A DNA stretch of 32,000 nucleotides from Dehalococcoidia bacterium (GTDB lineage: Bacteria; Chloroflexota; Dehalococcoidia; GIF9; AB-539-J10), in NCBI GenBank assembly GCA_016933195.1, contig JAFGBN010000002.1, positions 11,155-43,154 of the forward strand, written 5' to 3'. The translations under genes and the position numbers were made by a program. Positions within the stretch are counted from its first letter, which is position 1. Each line of letters begins with the position of its first letter. Below the pieces are notes generated by a model. The model ran no database searches and was not told where the DNA came from. It saw only the letters and a program-made list of their open reading frames with translations. Below, in pieces: positions 19,405 through 25,897 of this stretch.

Positions 19405-19917
19405 TTGATAGGCACAAAGGAGTCAGAGCAATTAGCTAAGACCTTATCATCATACAGTAAAGAAAGGAAAAGCTTAGTTCCTTTATTGCAGGAAGTTCAG
19501 GCGAAACTGGGGTATCTTGCCACGGAAGCGATGCGAGAGATTGCTAGTTTCTTGGCCATCCCGGAAATTGAAGTCTATGGAGTCGCTACCTTCTATAACC
19601 AATTTCGGTTCGTTCCCTTGGGAAAGCACCATGTCAGAGTTTGCATGGGCACTGCGTGTCATTTTGCAGGAGGGAAGCTTATTCTGGAAGCTTTAGAAAG
19701 GGAACTTAGCATCAAGGTAGGAGAAACTAGGGGGGATGGGGAATTCAGCTTAGAACGAGTCGCTTGTGTTGGTTGCTGCATGCTAGCTCCGGTAATGATA
19801 ATAGGAGATGAGATTCATCCTAAAATGACGCCTTTCAAAGTGGAGGAAGACTTAATACCTTACAAGCAAGAATCTCAAAAAGAGAGCTCAGGCGAAGAGC
19901 AAGCTGGGGAGCATTAG
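19405..19917 (+). CDS. NuoE/HydC-like thioredoxin-fold [2Fe-2S] protein
   Basis: 170 aa with VATFYNQF...VRVCMGTACH...ACVGCCMLAP, which supplies the four 2Fe-2S cysteines. TTG start 3 nt after the cdhE stop. Confidence 0.8.
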   Translation: MIGTKESEQLAKTLSSYSKERKSLVPLLQEVQAKLGYLATEAMREIASFLAIPEIEVYGVATFYNQFRFVPLGKHHVRVCMGTACHFAGGKLILEALERELSIKVGETRGDGEFSLERVACVGCCMLAPVMIIGDEIHPKMTPFKVEEDLIPYKQESQKESSGEEQAGEH

Positions 19918-19930
19918 GAAAGCATAGTGA

Positions 19931-21850
19931 ATGACGTTTCAGGAAATCCAGAACCAAGCAAAATCCGAATGGGAAACTCTGCAAAATAACACTTATATCC
20001 TCATTGGCACAGCCACTTGTGGTAAAGCAGCTGGTGCCTTAGCTACTCTTGAAGCTTTGGGAAAAGAGCTGTCACGGCAGAGTGCCGATGCTAAAATTAT
20101 TCAGGTTGGCTGCATGGGGCTGTGTTATGCCGAGCCCTTAGTTACTATATCAAAACCCGATTCTTTCCGTGTGGTGTACCATAACGTAACCCCGGAGCTT
20201 GTCCCTCGTCTTATAGAAGGCTATATTATGGGCGATGATCCTTGCCTTGAACTTGCCTTGGGCACTTTGGAAGGGGGTGGGGATGAAGCTCCCTATATCC
20301 CGGAACTACCCAGATTTGAACGTGAACTTCGTCTTGTATTGCGCCGTTGTGGCTACATCGACCCGGCGAATGTAAACCATTACATCGCTAATGGTGGATA
20401 TAGCAGCTTGGGAAGGGCGCTGAAGATGCAACCTGAGGAGATAATTGAAAAGGTAAAAAATTCAGGATTGCGCGGGAGAGGTGGAGCTGGATTTCCCACT
20501 GGACAGAAGTGGGAGTTTTGCCACAAGGCTGAAGGAGAGCCGAAATACGTGGTATGTAATGCTGATGAGGGGGATCCGGGTGCATTTATGGACCGAGTTG
20601 TTTTGGAAAGTGACCCTCAGCAAGTTATAGAGGGGATGATTATTGGTGGTTATGCTGTGAATGCCAGACAAGGATATATTTATGTCCGTGCTGAATATCC
20701 TTTAGCCATCGAATGCCTGGAGATTGCCTTAAAGCAAGCAGAGGGACTAGGTCTTTTAGGGGATAATATCTTGAGCAGCGGTTTTAATTTTCATATAGGG
20801 CTAGCCATGGGGGCTGGTGCTTTCGTCTCCGGTGAGGAGACGGCACTAATGGAGGCTGTGGAAGGAGAGATGAGTACACCCAAGCCAAGACCGCCTTATC
20901 CTGCTGAAGCTGGATTGTGGGGCAAACCCACCCTGCTAAATAATGTGAAAACTTTTGCCAATATCCCATTGATAATCGAGCGGGGCGCAGATTGGTTTTC
21001 CTCCACGGGGACTGAGGGAAGCAAAGGGACAGCGGTGTTTACTCTGGCAGGCAAGGTTAACAACGCTGGACTTGCCGAAGTGCCTATGGGCACAACACTG
21101 CGTGAGCTCCTTTATGACATTGCTGGCGGGATTCCTAAAGATAAGTCATTTAAAGCGGTACAGATAGGGGGCCCCTCGGGAGGCTGTCTCCCCGAGAGTT
21201 TACTTGACACGCCTCTTGACTATGACTCTCTCAGGGAGGCTGGTTCGATGTTGGGCTCAGGAGGCATGATTGTCATGGATGAGGATAGCTGCATGGTTGA
21301 TGCTGCTCGCTTCTTCCTCGATTTTACCACAAAGGAATCTTGTGGCAAGTGTACTCCATGTCGGCTAGGAACATTGCAGATGCTTCATATCCTGGAAGAT
21401 ATTACAACGGGTAAGGCTGAAGCCAAAGACCTCGATCTCCTGATTGAGCTAGCCGAAGGTGTAAAAGCAGGGTCGCTTTGCGCCTTGGGGGGAACAGCCC
21501 CAAATCCTGTTCTCACTACCATGAGGTACTTCCGCGATGAATATGAAGCTCACATCTTGCAAAAGCGCTGCCCAGCGAAGGTCTGCCCTGAACTCACCGC
21601 CTATTATATCCTTCCTGATAAGTGTGAGAGAAGCTGTGAGCATTGCTTGCTCACTTGCCCTACCGAGGCTGTTAAAGGCGAAAAAGGAGAGATAAAGTTT
21701 ATCGATCAAGAGAAATGTGTTAATTGCGGCACTTGCATGGATGTTTGTCCTCCCGAGTATGATGCAGTGATAAAGCTATCACCTATTACCCAACTTCCTC
21801 CAGAAGACCTAGCAGCTAAGGAACGATGTATAGCGCAACAGGTGACATGA
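19931..21850 (+). CDS. NuoF/HydB-like NAD(P)H-binding flavoprotein with extra Fe-S domains
   Basis: 639 aa. It has an N-terminal Trx-like 2Fe-2S domain (TATCGKAAG...VGCMGLCYAEP). The FMN/NADH site reads GLRGRGGAGFPTGQKW and the N3 cluster reads ESCGKCTPCR. A C-terminal 2x[4Fe-4S] domain is present (CERSCEHCLLTCP, CVNCGTCMDVCP). Confidence 0.85.
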   Translation: MTFQEIQNQAKSEWETLQNNTYILIGTATCGKAAGALATLEALGKELSRQSADAKIIQVGCMGLCYAEPLVTISKPDSFRVVYHNVTPELVPRLIEGYIMGDDPCLELALGTLEGGGDEAPYIPELPRFERELRLVLRRCGYIDPANVNHYIANGGYSSLGRALKMQPEEIIEKVKNSGLRGRGGAGFPTGQKWEFCHKAEGEPKYVVCNADEGDPGAFMDRVVLESDPQQVIEGMIIGGYAVNARQGYIYVRAEYPLAIECLEIALKQAEGLGLLGDNILSSGFNFHIGLAMGAGAFVSGEETALMEAVEGEMSTPKPRPPYPAEAGLWGKPTLLNNVKTFANIPLIIERGADWFSSTGTEGSKGTAVFTLAGKVNNAGLAEVPMGTTLRELLYDIAGGIPKDKSFKAVQIGGPSGGCLPESLLDTPLDYDSLREAGSMLGSGGMIVMDEDSCMVDAARFFLDFTTKESCGKCTPCRLGTLQMLHILEDITTGKAEAKDLDLLIELAEGVKAGSLCALGGTAPNPVLTTMRYFRDEYEAHILQKRCPAKVCPELTAYYILPDKCERSCEHCLLTCPTEAVKGEKGEIKFIDQEKCVNCGTCMDVCPPEYDAVIKLSPITQLPPEDLAAKERCIAQQVT

Positions 21851-22611
21851 TGGCCAGGAAAGTTGTTTCCACTGGAAGAGGAGGAGCAGGGAAATCAAGC
21901 TTTGTTGCTTTGATTAGCAAATACCTGAAAGCTCCGACATTACTTATTGACCTTGATCCCGACCTCAGTCTTGCTGATATGCTTGGGTTTGATTTTCATA
22001 AGGAAGGGAAAAGAACTGTCTGCGAAGCGCTTTACGACGTCATCGAAAAAAGAAAAAGCAATATAAGCCCTACGATTACAACACACGATCTGATGGAATC
22101 CTTGCTATGGAGTGATTGTTTATACGAAGGAAGAAAAATGGACCTCATTACTCTGGGAACAAAGCTCACCGAAGGCTGCCTTTGCGCGCCAGACGAGATA
22201 CTCAGGAAAACAATTCCCAAGCTAGCTAAGAATTATGCCAGCATGGTAGTAGATTCTCCAGCAGGAGTGGAACATTTGAATCGGAATATAGTATCGGACA
22301 TAAATGACCTTTTCGTTGTATGCGACCCATCCGACAAATCCTTGAAGCATATATCGAGAGTCAAAGAGATTATTAAGCAAGTGGGAATTAGGTACAGTCA
22401 CTTTTACCTGGTGGCAAACTACGAGTGTAATGAAGAGGCAGAGAAGTACTTACAGGGTAAGGGAGAAGTCTATCTGGGCAAAATAGACTACGATGCTTAT
22501 TTAGAACAATACAACTTGGAGGGCAAGTCTCTTTTGGGGTTGCCTGAGGATTCGCCTGCTTCTTTGTCTATAAAGAGGATTTTGGCAAAGGCAGGCTATC
22601 AGATTAGGTAG
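21847..22611 (+). CDS. Atypical CooC-like P-loop ATPase (Arg in place of the signature Lys)
   Basis: MMARKVVSTGRGGAGKSSF carries Walker A GRGGAGKS instead of GKGGxGK[ST]. The CxC motif GCLCAPDE is retained. The start ATG overlaps the nuoF-like stop (ATGA). It is a paralogue of 23056..23838. Confidence 0.7.
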   Translation: MMARKVVSTGRGGAGKSSFVALISKYLKAPTLLIDLDPDLSLADMLGFDFHKEGKRTVCEALYDVIEKRKSNISPTITTHDLMESLLWSDCLYEGRKMDLITLGTKLTEGCLCAPDEILRKTIPKLAKNYASMVVDSPAGVEHLNRNIVSDINDLFVVCDPSDKSLKHISRVKEIIKQVGIRYSHFYLVANYECNEEAEKYLQGKGEVYLGKIDYDAYLEQYNLEGKSLLGLPEDSPASLSIKRILAKAGYQIR

Positions 22612-22880
22612 AGTGGAGAACAAGCAAGAATGAAGGAAGATACTGTGGCCAAAACCAACGATAACGGTATGGCATGAGAAGTGCTATCACCCAGAGAGAT
22701 GTGACAGAGAGAAATTTGTGCTGCTGTTCTTGAATATCTTAGTGGACTTTGGAAGTAAGAAAAGCGATAATATTTACCTTACCCTATTCCAGGGTTTTGC
22801 CAGTATTGAGGTACATGCGTTGAGCCATGCCCCATGGAGGCAATTAGGATGTTCTAAACAATGCACATGAAGGCAGAAAG

Positions 22881-23051
22881 ATGAGAGACAAGCGACTGTA
22901 TTGGTGCCCTTTTTGTCAGCGCAATGTTTCATTATGGAGGACAAAAGATAACAAATTAATGTGTCCCCGATGTGGTAGGGAGGTAGTTTACATAACAAGC
23001 GATGGTAGTATCGGGGCAATCAAAGGAAAAGAGCTAAGTAAGGGGAAATAG
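22881..23051 (+). CDS. Small zinc-ribbon protein (56 aa), absent from the ORF track
   Basis: Hand translation gives MRDKRLYWCPFCQRNVSLWRTKDNKLMCPRCGREVVYITSDGSIGAIKGKELSKGK*. Two CxxC knuckles lie 15 residues apart. The stop TAG at 23049-23051 is 4 nt before the next start (23056). It is on the same strand as the whole operon. The SD is weak. Confidence 0.5.
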   Translation: MRDKRLYWCPFCQRNVSLWRTKDNKLMCPRCGREVVYITSDGSIGAIKGKELSKGK

Positions 23052-23055
23052 CAAT

Positions 23056-23838
23056 ATGGGGAAAGTACTTGTTTCTACAGGAAGAGGCGGAGCAGGCAAA
23101 TCGACTTTTGTGGCTTTGGCCAGTAGATATTTGAATCCCCCAAAGCTGCTGATAGACCTCGATCCCGATGAGAGCCTAGCTGACATGGTCGGAGTGGATT
23201 TGAAGGGAAAAGGGAAAAAGACCATTTCGGGTGCTCTTTACGACGCTATAGAGGAGAACAAAGGAGTTGGTCTCACAGGCTATAATCTCCTATCCGATGT
23301 ACTGCAATCCGTCTTGTACAAGGGAAGAGAATTTGATCTTATCGCCTTGGGAACAAAGTTTACTGTGGGTTGTTACTGTGCCCCAGATGCAGTACTCAAA
23401 GACTTCATCCCCAGTCTGGTTGAAGATTATGAAGAGCTAATAGTAGACTCACCTGCGGGGTTGGAGCATTTCAATCGCAAGGTGGTGATGAACATAGATG
23501 ACATATTTGTAATGCTAGACCCCTCCGAGAAATCCGCAAAACATATAGAAAGGGTCAGGGATATTATCAGGGAAGTGAAGGTTAGCTACAATCATCTCTA
23601 CCTGATAGGGAACTACAGATTTAGCGAGGAAACGGAAAAGTATTTGCGAGGCACAGGGGAGGCTTATTTAGGGAAAATAGACTATGATTCTAATGTAAGG
23701 CAATATAATTTGGAGGGGAAATCTCTTCTTGGCTTGCCCCAGGATTCTCCTGCTGCCCTCTGTGTAAGAAGGATTTTGAAGAAGGCAGGCTACAAAATCA
23801 AGGATGGAGATTTAACATCAAGCCGAGCGAGAAAGTAG
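23056..23838 (+). CDS. Atypical CooC-like P-loop ATPase, second tandem paralogue
   Basis: MGKVLVSTGRGGAGKSTF shows the same K-to-R Walker A, with the CxC motif GCYCAPDA. It is collinear with 21847..22611 over its full length (for example LGKIDYD...YNLEGKSLLGLP.DSPA). Confidence 0.7.
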   Translation: MGKVLVSTGRGGAGKSTFVALASRYLNPPKLLIDLDPDESLADMVGVDLKGKGKKTISGALYDAIEENKGVGLTGYNLLSDVLQSVLYKGREFDLIALGTKFTVGCYCAPDAVLKDFIPSLVEDYEELIVDSPAGLEHFNRKVVMNIDDIFVMLDPSEKSAKHIERVRDIIREVKVSYNHLYLIGNYRFSEETEKYLRGTGEAYLGKIDYDSNVRQYNLEGKSLLGLPQDSPAALCVRRILKKAGYKIKDGDLTSSRARK

Positions 23839-23878
23839 CCGAGGATTTACCTTTGGAAAAGTTTAGGAGGTAGAGTTA

Positions 23879-24610
23879 ATGAATGCACAAACACAAAAAC
23901 CTTTTGAGGAGATCTTAGGATATCTCGAGGGTAAAAAGAAGATAGTTCTTATGGGCTGTGGAGGATGCGCTACAGTTTTTCATACAGGGGGTATAAAAGA
24001 AGTAGATGAAATGGCAGAGAAGCTAACGAAGGGGGGGAAGGAGATCATAGGCAAAATTGGACTGCCCTTCGCAGTCTTTACTTGCTATCTTCCTATGTCT
24101 TCGATGCTCTTGAGAGAACACAAGAAGGAGATAGAAGAGTGCGATGCCATGTTAATGCAGAGTTGTGGCGATGGCTTACAAGCAGTTCGGGGGTATTTGG
24201 AGGAGGAAATGGGGATCGTAAAGCCTATCTACCCATCAAACGATGCCCTCGGATTTTCTAGCGGTGGCCCTGCTGTGTTTAAGGAGGAATGCCAGGCGTG
24301 CGGGGAATGCGAGATTGGAAAGACTTTTGGTATTTGTCCCTTTGTGCAGTGCCCTAAGGGCTTGCTCAATGGGCCGTGTGGTGGTACGACTGAAGATGGC
24401 AAGTGCGAAGTAGACCCTACGCGCGACTGTGCCTGGGCTGTGATTTATAAAAGAGCAGAGGAACTTAATCAGGTTGATAAGCTTCTGGGGATAGTGGAGC
24501 CGCACCACTGGAGCAAAGCGGTAAGGCCACGTAAGTTAGAGGTTGAACCTATCGATCTTATGGAGGAACTGAAAGGAACAAAGAAAGTTATAGAAGGATT
24601 GGGAGTGTGA
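23879..24610 (+). CDS. metV: MetV-type protein (MTHFR C-terminal-domain, Cys-rich Fe-S/zinc-ribbon subunit), copy 1
   Basis: 243 aa with CQACGECEIGKTFGICPFVQCPKGLLNGPCGG..GKCEVDP..CAW, the hallmark CPK.L.NGPCGG motif of the MTHFR_C/MetV family. The N-terminus QKPFEEILGYL is shared with copy 2. Confidence 0.75.
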   Translation: MNAQTQKPFEEILGYLEGKKKIVLMGCGGCATVFHTGGIKEVDEMAEKLTKGGKEIIGKIGLPFAVFTCYLPMSSMLLREHKKEIEECDAMLMQSCGDGLQAVRGYLEEEMGIVKPIYPSNDALGFSSGGPAVFKEECQACGECEIGKTFGICPFVQCPKGLLNGPCGGTTEDGKCEVDPTRDCAWAVIYKRAEELNQVDKLLGIVEPHHWSKAVRPRKLEVEPIDLMEELKGTKKVIEGLGV

Positions 24611-24647
24611 TGTAGCTCCCTTTTGCCAGAACGCCAATTAGGCAGTA

Positions 24648-24739
24648 AAATCGGGAAAGGACGCAAAAGTGGAGGCATGAGCAAACTGAGTGAAGCATTA
24701 CAATCCCACAAGTTTGTGGTCACGGGTGAAGTCGGCCCG
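24648..24739 (+). repeat. Left copy of a 92-nt direct repeat (metF 5'UTR plus first 21 codons)
   Basis: Hand alignment to 28537-28628 gives 83/92 identical bases and no gaps. Five mismatches are in the 29-nt leader and four in the 63-nt coding part (three synonymous, one His/Gln). Confidence 0.9.
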
Positions 24740-24757
24740 CATCAAGGATCTTATTAA
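24677..24757 (+). pseudogene. metF: Truncated metF: the first 21 codons fused out of frame to foreign sequence
   Basis: MSKLSEALQSHKFVVTGEVGP matches the start of intact MetF at 28566 (MSKLSEALQSQKFVVTGEVGP). It then reads HQGSY* and terminates at 24755-24757. Confidence 0.85.
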
Positions 24758-25021
24758 GGAATTAAGAACAAGGGTTGGGAAAATTAGCCTTGTAGTTAAC
24801 AGGGTGAACGGTAAGCTTCCCTCAGAAATAGGAAAGGCGATTGATGATTTTGGGCTTTCACTCATCACTACAATCCCTGAAGACCCCTATGTTGCTGATT
24901 TGGAGATAAAAAGGAACACCGCTTGTGGCTCTCCCTCAGGATTCTTCCCTTCAGCAAAGGATGAAGGAGATAGCAAGCAAGATAAGTTGCTTAAGGAAGG
25001 AGTGCAATGAACAAAAATGTT
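24738..25021 (+). pseudogene. 3' remnant (about 94 codons) of a fourth cooC-like ATPase gene, also frameshifted
   Basis: RIKDLIKELRTRVGKISLVVNRVNGKLPSEIGKAIDDFGLSLITTIPEDPYVADLEIK aligns with the C-terminal third of the three CooC-like proteins. After the A5 run at 24908-24912 the homologous sequence continues in the +1 frame (GTPLVALPQDSSLQQRMKEIASKI..., compare LEGKSLLGLPQDSPA in the paralogues) and ends at 25021. There is no Walker A or CxC region. The ORF-track entry 24690..25010 is a read-through chimera. Confidence 0.8.
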
Positions 25022-25882
25022 GACGAATACCCCGTAATCTGGCTCCAAGGTGCCGGTTGTACCGGCTGCTCTGTATCAGTTTTAAACTCCGTTAGCCCGA
25101 CGATAAAGAATGTTCTTATTGATGAAGTTATTCCTGGAAAGCATGTGAATCTCAGGTTTCACCCCACGATAATGGCTGGGGCAGGCGAGCTGGCGATAGA
25201 AGTACTCAGGGATACACAGGAGCATCGAAAAGGAGAGTATATCCTTATCGTTGAAGGTGCAGTTCCCACGGCCGAAGATGGAGTTTATGCAGTTGTGGGG
25301 GAGGAAGATGGGAAGCCGGTAACCCTTCTTTCCAGGGTTCTTTCTTTAGGCGCTAATGCAATGGCTGTTATCGCCCTAGGAACTTGTGCTGCCTTTGGTG
25401 GGATTCCTTCTGGATCTCCCAATCCCACCGGATGTCGAGGGGTTATGGATACCTTTGAAACTCATAATATCTCAACCCCAGTGATAAACATTCCGGGCTG
25501 TCCTCCTCATCCTGACTGGTTCGTAGGGACCGTAGCCAGCATTCTTATTGGAGGGCTTCCTGAGCCTGAGGAACTTGATGAATTTGGTAGGCCGAAGCTT
25601 TTCTTTGGCTCACTGATTCACGAGAATTGCCCGCGCCGCGCCTATTACGACGAAAGGAAATTTGCTAAAAAGCTTGGGGAGCCCGGCTGTCTTTATGATC
25701 TAGGATGCAAAGGGTCTGTCACTTATGCTGATTGTCCACTTCGCCTCTGGAATGGAGGGGTGAATTGGTGCATCGGCAACAATTCTCCCTGCATCGGCTG
25801 CTGCGAGCCCGGTTTCCCAGATGTTGTATCCCCCTTCTATGCCAAGATGGAGGAATATCTCCCTCAAGGCGGGGAAAAATAA
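25007..25882 (+). CDS. [NiFe]-hydrogenase small subunit, no Tat signal peptide (cytoplasmic)
   Basis: 291 aa. It begins MNKNVDEYPVIWLQGAGCTGCSVS, so the proximal-cluster CxxC lies about 17 aa from Met1 and there is no RRxFxK leader. Further motifs are GTCAAFGG, PGCPPHPD, HENCPRR, CLYDLGCKGSVTYADCP and WCIGNNSPCIGCCEPGFPD (medial and distal clusters). Confidence 0.9.
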   Translation: MNKNVDEYPVIWLQGAGCTGCSVSVLNSVSPTIKNVLIDEVIPGKHVNLRFHPTIMAGAGELAIEVLRDTQEHRKGEYILIVEGAVPTAEDGVYAVVGEEDGKPVTLLSRVLSLGANAMAVIALGTCAAFGGIPSGSPNPTGCRGVMDTFETHNISTPVINIPGCPPHPDWFVGTVASILIGGLPEPEELDEFGRPKLFFGSLIHENCPRRAYYDERKFAKKLGEPGCLYDLGCKGSVTYADCPLRLWNGGVNWCIGNNSPCIGCCEPGFPDVVSPFYAKMEEYLPQGGEK

Positions 25883-25897
25883 GTAAGGAGGAGCAAG

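Noticed and set aside
22774-23019. An 81-aa Cys/His-rich minus-strand ORF in the cooC-like intergenic region
   Set aside because: It is the antisense image of the plus-strand zinc-ribbon ORF. It runs against the strand of a 23-kb unidirectional operon and has no SD. The plus-strand ORF has proper CxxC...CxxC geometry and abuts the next gene.
24690-25010. A 106-aa ORF from the track that could be taken for a small intact gene upstream of the hydrogenase
   Set aside because: Its first part reads an alternative frame of the metF fragment. Its middle part is the C-terminal third of a CooC-like ATPase with no P-loop. Its tail is out of frame relative to homologues. I treat it as a chimeric pseudogene.
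25007-25100. A Tat (twin-arginine) signal on the hydrogenase small subunit, or its loss through the adjacent deletion
   Set aside because: There is no RRxFxK motif. The first cluster cysteines lie about 17 aa from Met1. The ancestral cooC-like frame overlaps this same start codon, so the short N-terminus looks original rather than truncated.
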